A stretch of 64,000 nucleotides of DNA from Marsupella aquatica (taxonomy: Eukaryota; Plantae; Marchantiophyta). The notes beneath the pieces are model-generated. The model was not told the origin of the DNA, did not search any database, and saw nothing but the letters and a program-made list of their open reading frames with translations. Location: assembly GCA_973895155.1 (NCBI GenBank), contig OZ316894.1:12688828-12752827 (forward strand), given 5' to 3'. The position numbers and the translations under genes are program-made. How positions within the stretch are numbered: the first letter of the stretch is position 1; each line of letters begins with the position of its first letter. Positions 1 through 18,540 of this stretch are shown one piece after another.

Positions 1-1521
1 AGGAAGGTGATTTTGGGTGCGTCGCAGGCTCCACAGGGGATGACATCTGATTGTGATGGCGCAAAGTTGAGGATAGGCCATCACAAATCAAGACCCAAGC
101 AGATGGCAAAGAAGATTTGATGTTTTGTGTGATCATTCCCCTTGTTGTATATTCCTCTTTAATAAGCGATTTCTCATTGGTAGGTTGCAGGTTCGAAGAT
201 GGGACGATTCATTGTCCAGGCTCGTGACAAAGAATAGGTTCTTGAAATGTTCAATGCTTTGTGTTGGTCCATATTTAGGTAGAGGAACGTCCATTATCTT
301 AGATCAGCTGAGGCTGATGTAAGATACAATCACCTATCGCATAGTCCAGTTCTTGCTATGATAGCGTGTCATGAGTTGTTCGTTTATTTCCTTTCTCGTT
401 AACTATTTTTCCTTCGGAGAGAGGCAAGGCATAGTGGGTAGTCGATTACACTCCAGTCTATTACCAGTTCAGACAATAAAGTACGCGAAGATATATAATC
501 AGGCTCCTGCCAGAGGTGGGGATTTAGCACATTACACTGACAGCGATGTTATTATATAGCACAAGGCGTTCACCAATGTGGAGCACAGTGGTCGATGTCA
601 TGGTCTATGGCTACTGGAGTTCCTGTGTTAGACTTAGCATCGCCTGTTTCTTTTGCACCGTCACACTTGATGTGGTGGTGTTTCACTACTAATGCCTTTC
701 TTGGGATTTGTTTTTTCAATTTTTGTGGATTTTGACAAGAAACATCGGGGTTATTTCATTCAGTCTCCGAATAGTGTCAAGGTAGTACGAGCTAGTTGTC
801 TGAAATCACCGAGTGCTCGTTCAAATTTTTGCTTCCGGTTTGCTTAGTTTTATCCACTGACTGATTTTATCTTCTTCCAGTTAGAATTCATTTTCGCAAA
901 TCAAAAGATTGTTTCTAAATATCTCCTTACCTTATCTATCACTAGTTTTGGATGGAGGACACACTGGGTTCTAAATCATTCTTCTCAAGTGGAATGTCTC
1001 ATAAACTCTACTGATCTCGATTGACTTTGTCGTCTCTAATTATTTTGAGCGTAATTTTGTAGTTGGGGAACCATGGCCCACTATCATTGGGACCATTCTG
1101 AAATTATTTTGAGCATAACTAAGATCTTGGGGAACCAGGGGCCTACTAACATTTGCACCAGTCCTAAATGAATTTTAGACACAAATTTCAGAAATCGAGG
1201 AACTAACACCCCTCAGGCATACAAATGAAGAGCCATTTCCTAATCGGAATATTTCTCACATTGTCTGAAACATATTGTCCGTAACCTGATTCATTGCATT
1301 GCTCGGGTATGGTGGAGTAATGGCATAATTTGCTGAGAACACCGCAACGTTTCGTAGGCGATCTGCACTCGTTACAACTGTGCCAGCAATGAACTGTTTG
1401 AGATTGTGGAGGCGGCTGTGAAAGCTTAAACTACGTTTCGATGCATGAAGGAAAATAGAAAGAATTATCATCCCAAGTTTGATACCCACAGGGGAGAGGT
1501 GCTGAGGTAGGAAAGCTTGAA

Positions 1522-1684
1522 TTAGCGCGCGATCTTTAAAACAACGAAACGAAAGTAACAGTCGCAGGAGAGTTTGGATTGCTCGTAATGCTTGAATCAC
1601 CTGATTTAGCGCGCGATCTTAAAAACAATGAAACGAAAGTAACAGTCGCAGGAAAGTTTGGATTGCTCTTAATGCTTGAATCAC
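1522..1684. repeat. Tandem duplication, 84-bp unit x2
   Basis: ttagcgcgcgatcttt/aaaacaacgaaacgaaagtaacagtcgcagga...cttgaatcac starts at 1522 and again at 1606 with few mismatches. Confidence 0.9.
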
Positions 1685-4473
1685 ACCTGTCACTAATAAA
1701 AGCCCCATTCCATGTCTCAATACTCACCATAAAGGTGGAATACTTAGCACTTGTTGTGGAGCACTTGCCAATAAAAGAGTTTTTCACTCACCACCTTATG
1801 TGCCATTCCTGAACCTGTACCCTTTAAAATGAGAGCTAGGGGTAACCCCTAACCAAAGAGTAGGGGCAGTGATTTAACAAAGACATACAATTATTATTAT
1901 TATTATTTACTACTTGATCAGTACTCCTTTAACTAACAAGGAGTCTCTTTAAACGAGACCCAAGGTTCTGAAAACAAATTAATTTTTTAAATCCAGTAAC
2001 CATGGTTGAGAATATGGAAACCACTGGCAAAAATATGTGGGTTACATGTCATAGCGATTGGGTCGAATATACATCTAAATCTGATTACTATCAGGGCTTC
2101 AAAATCTCAACGTTATCAAATAAACCTGCTTGTGCGATCTTACTTTGATGATCATGAAGCTACCCACAACAATAACTCAATCATCCAGGCAAAAGGATTT
2201 GTAAAGTTGAATGGCTGCAGTAGGAAAATCAAAACACCCCAATGCCAAGTACTGAGTGTTTCTCAGGCACATTACTTCTCAGGGAATATTCTTGTCAAGA
2301 ATCTGTACTATTGATCGTGTTCCACAGTACCCATATCCACTTCACCTTCATGACTTCGACCATGGAGCTTTTTCCATTTCTCTATTAGCTTCCCTTCCAC
2401 CGGCAATGATTTGTCAGGCATCTTGCTGCATTTGTAGCGTTTGGACTTAGAATGCTCCATTTGATTGGATTCGGGAGAATTTTGGTGGCAGAGGTTTAGG
2501 ATTTGACTGCAAAAGCAAATCTAGGAATCAACTCCTCGATTATACTGTTCATTCCAACGGTTACTTCATGTCGCATTTGTTGTGTCCCTGGGTATAGTTT
2601 GGTTGTCAGTTTGAGGAGCCTCAGATGAAAGCCATTGTCCTGACTGTGAGCATGATTTACAAGAATTGAATACGTGTAGAGTAAGGCACTGTCGAGAGTG
2701 CTGTACAGGATATAAACACCTGAGGTTTCCCCTAGGGTGTTTATCCTATACAAGCACGAACGACAGTGAGGGAGCTTAAAGCACAGGATGAACTTCTTGC
2801 ACAAAGGGCAAAAGCAGAAACACTGTGCAGGCTGTACTGGAAATTAAGAAAGCACAGCAAACATAAGAAGAGCAAGTTTACACTGTGCTTTAAGAGGGAG
2901 ATGGATTTTATGGATTCAAAATTAAAGCCAAAGAAATGTGAGGAGCAGGCGAACGGAGAACATAGGACCGTCTGCAGAATAAAAAGGTTTGAGTGAGATA
3001 AGACACATTTCTCTCTATAAAATAGCCCAACTACTTCCGTGTGGATGTCTACATTTCATTTCTCAATGAAGTGGTAGCCTCCAAAGTATAGCACGAGAAA
3101 ATAACATCTGCTTAAGACAAGATGAAGCGTCTTTTGCCTTGCCTTCACAAAGGATGTTATGAGAAAGCAAGGTTACAAGGTGCTTTTTGATTACGAATAT
3201 CTACATCAAATCTACAACAACGTCCCCTGTTGTTAGGTACTAAGGGACAAACTTTAGAAAATATGTCCACCCTGAAATATTAAAATCATGACATAGTGTA
3301 TAAGAACCATGTCCACCCTTAATAGCATTTGAAATACATTCTACCTTTGACCCTTCCAAATACTCTCTGTAAACGACATGTGGCTACTTGAAGCGGTCAA
3401 GTTCACCTCTTTTGTGATGATCCTATATTCTGTCAACTCAGAGCTCCTAGTCAGAAACATCCCTAGAACTCAGAATGGGTCCTCAGTCTTCCGTGCGATG
3501 TACATCCAACATGAGATTTTTGATTTCAAAATTTTCGATCATGCAAACCCTGATTTCCTAATGAAGGCCCTCGGGGAAATAAAATTCTGCGGCAATTCCC
3601 TGTGTATGTCAGCCCTCCAGGTTGGGTGCAGCCAATCCCAAACAGCAGCTTGTGCTTTTGTGTGGCTTTCATAGTTCGAATCAGGTCCGCTGCAATGATG
3701 GCAGCAGCTGTTGCTACCCTGCCTACACTGCAACACCCAGGGACGCAAATGTTATCTAATGAACGTTGTGCAAACCATCTTAAAGCTCCATTGCAATTTT
3801 GCTGTCTTTAATTAATTACTGAAATTTTTATGTACTGAAAACCCGCTTTGCCAGGAAACATGAAGAGTTTGCCTTTTGGTTCTTTTCTAAAGCACGGAAT
3901 TTGTGATTACTGTCACACCCAAGAAAGTAGTGTCCATAACAGACTGACTACAGTCTCCATGACTGTTTTTCAGTTCCGTGAAGCTTATTTGAATGAATGA
4001 AACAGATCGAGGCACCCCTTTCGGCTTATTTGCCATGCTTTGTTGAATAAGAGGACTTTGCATTCTGTGCAGCAGGAAACGTTTATGTTTGCAGTGGGTA
4101 GGACACGAAGCTCTAGAGATCCACAACCATGCGACGGGACACAAAGGGGCACCACCACTAGGGACCCTGCACCCCATTGCTGCTCAGTGGGACTAGAACC
4201 GTGATTAGTTGTCTGGCAGGAAGCTCATCTATCATGGCAAGACTTGTGATTGCGTACCTATTGAGGAATTATATCTCGTTGGTTTGTAAGTGAAAATTGA
4301 AATACCCACATTGATTTGCAAAATTGGCACAGAATACATTCAGATAACCTGGATTGAGATTGAAACCATTCAGTGCTTCATGTGTGCCTCGCCTCTGAAA
4401 TCTCTCGTCTATTCATCGCCTGACCATATTTCGCTTTCCCAACCAGGGCTGCAATTTAACACAAGTACACAAG

Positions 4474-10805
<6,332 letters not shown>

Positions 10806-11118
10806 TTGGACTGATGGTATATAGCGTAGAAAAATCCTCCTTAGCTCAGCAAAGCAACACTACTCTCTACAGACGCAACGGACCATACCAGGAAGTATGA
10901 TTCAAATAAAGCTCGGACAGACTTAAAGAACTTGGCTGAGAGGGATTGATGGATTTCTCAATCAATCTCTCAGACTGGCACTTCTCTGCTGCTGCGCTTC
11001 AAGCATTAGCTTTCCCCCAATGCCTTGTGATAAATGAGCCAAAGCACCTAACTCTTCGTCTTCTATGCTGTTCTGTAGGAACTAGGCTTGGCAGGGGGTT
11101 ACACTAGATGCGCTGCAA

Positions 11119-11230
11119 CACGTAATAACATGAGCAACACGTAACAGGGTGCATCTAATTGCTATAGCCCACAGCACGTAACAACATGAGCAACACGTAA
11201 CAGGGTGCATCTCATTGCCATAACCCACGA
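11119..11230. repeat. 56-bp tandem repeat x2 upstream of the GH1 gene, containing four CACGTA cores
   Basis: cacgtaataacatgagcaacacgtaacagggtgcatctaattgctatagcccac at 11119 and a near-identical copy at 11175. Confidence 0.85.
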
Positions 11231-11254
11231 GTGCACATTTGCACATTTTTAGAA

Positions 11255-11405
11255 TGTTAATAGGAATGATCACTCATAGTTCTTTCCATCTCCAAGTGGG
11301 AGCCGGCTAGAGGGCTTCACTCTAGAAACCTAGGCCCTAACCCTAGCTTTTGATAGCCATTTATTCATAAGATTGTTTTATTCCCCATATATATATATAT
11401 ATATG

Positions 11406-11440
<35 letters not shown>

Positions 11441-11891
11441 GGCCCAACAAACGAAGGTAAGGCTAGAGGCGATGAGAGAGTCTTTGAGACTTTTCTTCTT
11501 CAGTCAGTGTGGCTTCTATAACTTGTATGAAAGAGAAGATGTTGCATGTTAGGATTTACTCATAGGTCTAGAGTTACAATTGTGCCGTAATTAGGGCTGA
11601 CCTTAGTCGTAGACTAGGTTAGGTTAGTCATGTTGTGCACACACTATACCCAAACGGTGTTTACTTGGATAGTGGGAACTCAGGTTCATTGTTATGGAGC
11701 CAATTGAAAGATAGGGAGAGCTTGTGCTGTGGATGCTTGGTATGGCCAGTCAGCCTAGAGTGCAATAAAACTCTTGTGTGTTCCCGTGGACGTAATCTCA
11801 TGTGGAGGTGAATCACATATCTCTCTATGTAAATTACTTCATTATTTGATAATTATGGGTTTGCCATTGTGAATGTCATCAGTGCTCAACA
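11255..11891 (+). mobile_element. Degenerate LTR-like relic (Copia-type) containing a (TA)n(CT)n microsatellite
   Basis: Begins TGTTAA and ends TCAACA. Contains cccgtggacgta...gtgaatcac at ~11783, a motif typical of plant Copia LTRs. Microsatellite at 11387-11434. No matching TSD, so boundaries are tentative. Confidence 0.4.
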
Positions 11892-14510
11892 CTGCATTAT
11901 TTCTGATTTTCCTATAGTATTTCTGATTGTTAGACTGATTGTTAGACTGTTAGATTTTGGCAAAGGGGTCTATGCATGACTAGGAGTGAAAGTGGCTAAT
12001 GGGAGAAAGCAAAACTTTTTGGAGAGGTGGAATTTAGAAATTGTTTTGGCCACTAAAAAACCAGGATAAAACAAATTACAATATAGAACATTCACACTTG
12101 TCTCCCTATCTCAAGCACAAGGAATGGGTGACTGGCAAGTGCTATACCCAGCAGATATCCCCACCCAATGTCTTGACCAGCATGGGGACCAGCACACTAC
12201 CACATATAGTTGTAACACATGATAAGATTTCTTACCAATCTTAATGGCCTGTTACTTGTAATAAGGCTTTTGTATGAGCTATTCTATTTTCACCACATCC
12301 TTGCACCTTTGACTTGGACCATACTAGTCTTGTACTGAGTCTTTTTACTTTCTAAGCTTTGCCGGTCCAAACATGATTGGGAAAAAGGAAAAAAAAATGT
12401 TAAGTACGCTTTTTGGGTTTACATTCTGGCAGGGAAAGGCTGATTTCCTGAACTTGCCTGGTTTTAGGTGGCACACTGGCTTCTGGTCTGCCTTGGGGTG
12501 ACTCTCTAGGACTGCTTTGTATGGTGTAATGGGGTTCCCTCGGTTGACCCAATGGGCCTGTCTATTCCCTCATATGATAGATATATTTGTTAATCTGGTA
12601 AGTATAGATTCTATTGAATTTTTATAAAATGACACCTTAACAATCCCACCACATGCAAGTAAGTCTCGGATGGACCACTCCCATGAGCCTTGCAGCCTGC
12701 ATGGTTGGAGAAAGGATTTTGTGTGGTCCATAGGTTGCCTTGGTCCATCCAGGCATTGTGTGACTGTTTAGGTTCATGGAGGCTTCAGTTTCCCACCACA
12801 TACCTTCCTAATAATATTGAATGGTAAACCTGCCTAAACCATGACGTTGTCCCTGCTCATCCCATGGACTATGTAAAGTGATTAGGAAAAAAGGACCCCC
12901 CTCTCTTTCAAATGAAATTTGAGCTGGGAAGAGCTTTAGGGCCGGGGCCAACACTTTCCATGGCCTCGAGCAATGAGGAGAGGCCACACATACAGAAAAC
13001 TGATTTATTCGGGCTTCAAAGTGATTCACCAAACAATTCACTCAAACTTTGAAAATAAATGATTTTATCTTTTTCTCATCATTAGGGTGGAAAATTAAGA
13101 TGCTCCTTCTTATAGTTTTTGATTTGTAAATAACTAAGATGCTAATTTATCCATGAACTTGGGGACACAATCCAAGTTTATGAATGAAAAACCATGACCA
13201 CATCGGCAAATGGGGCCACTACAGTAGCATAAGGGGATCTGACTACTACAGTTTAAAAAGAAACCATGGTCACATCAACAAAACGACAGGGCCCACTAGC
13301 ATGTGACTACAGGTGGTCTGCGTTCTTCTGCAGAGCAAAGTTGGACACAGAGTGGGGGAACATCTCACGACCTACACTGCTGATTAACCACTGTGGGCCA
13401 CGAGCGACGACGGGGCCAATTTACATTGTCTTATCTCTCGACCTACACTACCGATCAGCCATCTCAGCCGCTGTGGGCCACGACAGCCCAGGGGGGCAGT
13501 TGCCACGGTGGACTTCGAATCTTCAATCACTCGATGACTCATATTCGTTGGTCTCTTATCACAGATGACATCACCACATTCTAATCGATTATCAATGACT
13601 CATATTGGGTCGTCTGTTATCACAGATGACATCACCACAGTTTTCATCAGACACGCTTTCCGATGAAGAGAATAATGATGTGTCAGATATGGGACTCTTG
13701 TGCTGACGAACCTGGCCATCGTTCATGATTGGGAAGCCTAGTGTGAGTAGAATGATAATACTGTATCCTTGGCTTCTTCACTTTCGGTAAGATCTTCCCT
13801 GAGCGAGACGGGGGAAAAACGACCAACCTTCGAGGCCCAAGAATAGTTTAGAGAATAGGGCCTCTCAAACCTGGCCTTTCCCAATGATTTCCAGGCGCGG
13901 TCACGACGAAAACATCATTTTTGGTCAAATGTCACCGGCCAGGGTTTGCCTTCGGGTGAACCATACATCATGAGTGCCACCTTGACGCCCAAGTTAAGCT
14001 CAAACAGGCCACGGGCTAGGCATTTTTGAATGTAACAGCTCGCACATTAAAGATCGATACCATGAATGTGCAGCATTATTGAAAGAGTTATTTAAATAGT
14101 GTGTTTCTCCCTCAAATTTCTTGCTAGGATGCAGGTGTAGAGAATTCGTAAAGAGAAGTATGATGGAGTGCAGACGAAATATTCTCTCAATAGTAGGAGT
14201 TGTTCAAAGGTTGAAAAAAAAATTGGTCGAAGGACGTTGACCCGTGTGCCAATAGTTCTCGCTGACGCAGACAATTCTTTGAAAGACGCCAATTTTTCCA
14301 GGATGCCCACAGTAGTGTGAATCAGCTAACAATTCTCTGATCCGCTGACAATTCTCTGATGGTGCATTTTGATTGAGTGACCACAATGTCGAGAGCTGGA
14401 AGAAGGCGACCTCGCTTAGGTCCAGCAGAGGAAACGTGAGATACTCCTCCCTCGCGTCCTATTTATCCCACGATCCTTAGTGAGAGTGTCCAAGGATTTT
14501 TGTCAGGGTC

Positions 14511-15372
14511 CAATTCTGACTCATCAAAAGACGAACTATGGACAGCCACGCTATGATCTGTACTAAAATTATTCTGGGTTAAATCAGAGAACCCATCCAT
14601 GTAAGTGTCTAGAGAGTGACTCACTGAAGAGCATTGGAGTGCAAATGTTGAGTTCAAATCTTTGCCTCACATTCTTCAACATTCTCTATCTCTTTTTGTT
14701 GCCTCCAAAAAACCAATTAAAATTCATTCAAAAAGCCGGCATACAAAAGGGGTGGCCCACAAGAGGGGGTCAGCACCCTGGGGACCAGAGGTCCATAAGC
14801 CTAAAGGACCGGGGAAGCCAGGGCCAGGAGAGAAGCGGGCCCCAAGAAAGGAAGCCAAACCAGAAATTCAACCACTGCAGAAGGGGCGGCATAAACCCCG
14901 AAAAGACCGGCCAGTGGAGAGGTGCTGGTGGGGCCAATTCTGACTCATCAAAAGACAAACGTGATGAGCTATCGACAGCCACACTTTGATCTGTACTAAA
15001 ATTACTCTGGTTAAAATCAGAGAACCCATCCATGTAAGTGTCTAGAGAGTGACTCACTAGAAGAGCATTGGAGTGCAAAATTAATGTTGAGTTCAAATCT
15101 TTGCCTCACATTCTTCAACATTCTCTCTCTTGTTTTTGCCTCGAAAAAACCAATTGAAATTCATTCAAAAAGCCAGCATACAAAAGGGGTGGCCCACAAG
15201 AGGTGGTCGGCACCCTGGGGGGACCAGAGGTCCAGAAGCCTAAAGGACCGGGGAAGCCGGGGCCAGGAGAGAAGCGGGCCCCAAGAAAGGAAGCCAAACC
15301 AGAAATTCAACCACCGCATAAGGGGCGACACAAACCCCAAAAGACCGGCAAGTGGAGAGGTGCCGGTGGGGC
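14511..15372. repeat. ~430-bp tandem duplication spanning the LINE 3' end and its flank
   Basis: caattctgactcatcaaaagac...gagaacccatccatgtaag...gaaaggaagccaaaccagaaattcaacc occurs at 14511-14934 and 14935-15372. Confidence 0.9.
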
Positions 15373-17610
15373 ACCCAACAGTGGGTCCGTGATACATAAA
15401 GCTATCGGTCTAGTCTGCAGTACACCTTCTACCCTTGCTAAGCAAACACCTTCATGGGGATCTAGGGGGAACCGGGTGGGATCTGTAAGATGTCCTCACA
15501 AATTTCCCATATTGCAGCCCAAGATCTATAGTTGAAAGTCATGTCATTCAAAGCAGCCCCATATGTGGATTTGCCAAATTTAATGTTACATTGATGTCTG
15601 GCCCAATCCTTCCGTATGTAAATTTTCAGTTTGTGCTAAGATTTTTTAATGACCGCTGGAGCACTAGATCTGGTGTGCTCAATGAAATGAGAGCTCCTGT
15701 CCTTCCATAGATTCCAGCAGACAATAGCTCTCAATCTGTGCCAAAGTTTACCTAGAGTATCCCAGACATTCGGGAGTGTATCCCCCACCAAAATGTGAGC
15801 TGGCTGAAGTTCTATGTTGCCGTTCCCTGTGGAGTTTGCGCATTGCAAGACAAATTGAACCCAGCTCCATATCGATGTCGAGATTGGGCAGCTCCACATT
15901 GTCCTCATGCTGGTCAAGATCACACTGAGTACACCAAGTAAGGGGGTTGGATGGTGGTATTTTTGGAAACCTCCAATGCTAGGTAGCTAGGATCCGATAG
16001 ATAAGTTGCCAAAGTAAACAGTTTTTAGATGTTGCCCTGTACATGGAAGCCAAGTGTTGGCCCACAACAACCTGAGATTGGGGCTCCATTGTAGTAGTAT
16101 GGTCCACTTCCTTGTCCACTTCTACACAACCTTGTGCACTGTCGCCCTGAGAGGGCCCTGGATTTCCTGCAAGTGTGTTGTGTTGGTTTCCATCGACAGG
16201 GTACAGTCATCCTTCCATTCATATTGCAGCAGGGCAGCCAACTCATTGATGGGTCTTCCGATTCTCAAAATGGTGGTCAAAGTAGCTGTGTGTGGCTTGA
16301 CCACCACCCTCTGCAGCAAGTTACCTAGTTGGGGGGGGGGCGGGCGCAGGGGGGGTAGCTAAAGTATCTGTCTTGTGCAGTATGTTGTTGAGGACTTTGA
16401 AAGTCCTAACCGGGTGAGACGAATTGTGGAAGAGTTGCCAATTGGAAGTGATGTGGTTTGCTGAATCTTGTATTCCCAGATGAAGAGAGTGTTGTTCGGT
16501 AGCTCTGCCTCCATGAAGACTGGAATCTGTTGTCGTGAATTACAATGAAACTCTGGTGCACAGTAATAAGATTGTCAAGTCAATCCTGCATAGGCTCAGG
16601 CACAAGTACCCAGGAACAAATGAAGGGGGCCATCTTGCCAACGGATAAATTCCCCATTACCTCTCAACACATCCTTTATGCAACAAATGCCTAGAGCACT
16701 TGGCTACCCTATGGTCAATGTGGTTAAGATGCCATCTCCAGAGAGGAAGTTCCAGCCACCCTTCCATGTGGGTAGGAGCAAATGGTCTCAGATTCTACTT
16801 GATCACGTTCCACCCATTGCAATTTTTGACCCGAACCTGGGAGCCATCCTGAGGTAAGATGTGGTAGCAGGAGACCACCCATGAGAAATCATGAGTTCCC
16901 CATTTCCGTAATGAGAGCATCTTGATCTTCTGCTGAAGTATGTGCCTAAGAGGATGGTCGCCCCCAGGGGTTTCACTTCCACAAAAATGGCACATCACGT
17001 GTGACGAAGTATATGATCATTTTATTGGTTCATAGGGAAGACTTCAGAATTTTCTGAGAAGAACAATAAGGTTTTTTAAATCAAATTTTGAGACTTATAA
17101 GAACATTACTAGGGTCCTTATAACCAAATTTTTGGAATATTCAAGAACATTCCAACTTTATAGGGGTCGAAAAATATTTGTTTCTTACATTTTAGGGGGT
17201 CCAAAGCCTAAAAACGTCGCAGGTGATGGGGAGACATCCATATAGTGAGACCCCCGAGTGGTCGCCTTTAGCAACGGCCCAAAGTATGAAGTTCCAAATG
17301 AGAGCCCTGCATTGTGCCGAGAGTGAGACAAGCCCCAATCCCCCAAAACTCTTGGGACAACAAATCATGGAAAAATTGACTCGGGGTCGTGCTTTCTTGT
17401 TTTGCCCAGCCCAAATAAAGGTTGTGATCTTCTTTTGCAAGGCATCGAGGGTGCATTGTCGCCCGACCCATACTGTCAGCACAAACCAGATTGTACTCAG
17501 GATGAGATGGCTGACCATGGTGACACGGGCTGCAAGGGAGCCAATGGTCTTCCAGATCTTATCCAGATGTGATTCTAGCTTCTCAGTGAGATTACCAATT
17601 ATCTGCTTTT
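15130..17610 (-). mobile_element. Non-LTR retrotransposon (L1/Tx1-like LINE), 5'-truncated, decayed ORF2 C-terminal half
   Basis: Post-RT region SLAARVTMVSHLILSTIWF...TFIWAG...PKSFGGLGL (17192-17731 ORF). zf-RVT-like LLWQLIYRILAT and MWSCPISTSIWSW...IVCWNLWKDR (15636-15923). Multiple stops and frameshifts. A-rich minus-strand end near 15130. Confidence 0.88.
16963..17258. mobile_element. 296-bp non-autonomous DNA transposon (MITE) with 8-bp TSD, inserted in the LINE
   Basis: TIR CCCAGGGGTTTCACT vs reverse complement of the right end CTCGGGGGTCTCACT (12/15). Perfect TSD TGGTCGCC at 16955-16962 and 17259-17266. Removing it rejoins the LINE frame (AKGDH|PLRHILQQKI). Confidence 0.85.
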
Positions 17611-17724
17611 CTGAGATGCTTGGTTGCAGTTGTAGCATCCTCCCACTGTCAGGGTAAGCATCAGAATTTGATGGGAATTCTTCTTGGGGATATGAAGGCT
17701 GCCTGGTCTCTATCTCACGGAAAG

Positions 17725-18238
17725 CTGGCATGGTCGTTTGTAATTATGCTCAGGATAGATTAGTGTCCAAAATGTGCTTCACAAAATGTATCTTTCCCAA
17801 GGGCAATGCCAACTACCTGACATTCTTCAATGTTCTTTGTCTCACAGAAAGCCAGGCATGGTAGTTTGAAATTGCACTCAGGATAGATTAGAGTCCAAAA
17901 TGTGTATCACAAAATGCATCTTTCCCAATAAATTAGTGTCCAAAATGCGCTTCACAAAATGCATCTTTCCCAAGGGCGATGCCAATTCACAAAACCTACT
18001 TGCCTCTTTGCCTCTTTAAGTAGTGCCCAAAATGTGTATCACAAAATGCATCTTTCCCAATAAATTAGTGTCCAAAATGCGCTTCACAAAATGCATCTTT
18101 CCCAAGGGCGATGCCAATTCACAAAACCTACTTGCCTCTTTGCCTCTTTAAGTAGTGCCCAAAATGTGCTTCACAAAATGCATCTTTCCCAAGGACGATG
18201 CCAATTCACAAAACCTACCTGCCCCTTTGCCTCTTTAA
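17725..18238. repeat. Compound minisatellite: six copies of a ~34-bp core within ~130-bp higher-order units
   Basis: CCAAAATG(T/C)G(C/T)(T/A)TCACAAAATGCATCTTTCCCAA near 17767, 17895, 17940, 18027, 18072 and 18159. There is a 132-bp period between 17931 and 18063. Confidence 0.9.
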
Positions 18239-18540
18239 GAGTGATTGCACCGGTCTAGCGAGTTGCGGCCTGGTTAGGGAATGTTTTTGGGTCCCGCCTT
18301 GCTGCCTGTACATTTACAGGCCCATTGCAAAAGCTACCTTTGCATCGGTATTTGGAACCTGACCCGCCAAGTTGCCCTAACCCAAAGTTTGAACCTACTA
18401 GGTCGTGTTTGAACCACACAATTCTTGCCAGACCTTTGCGCAAGCCCGTTTTCCTTCAATCAGCCGAGCAATGCAAAGCAAATCAAGCTGAAAATCTTTG
18501 ATTTGTTTGGCACACATGTTTGGGTCTTTTGTCTGGACTC

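Noticed and set aside
1-3100. Short ORFs and exon-like pieces at the window start
   Set aside because: No recognisable domain or consistent splice chain. Mixed with short repeats and LTR-like sequence.
14639-15535. Pro/Gly/Lys-rich ORFs on both strands
   Set aside because: They arise from the GC-rich duplicated LINE 3' region, with no domain or splice support.
17725-18238. CRISPR-like array of ~34-bp repeats
   Set aside because: The spacers are themselves repeated and alternate in length. There are no cas genes and the context is eukaryotic TE sequence, so it is a minisatellite.
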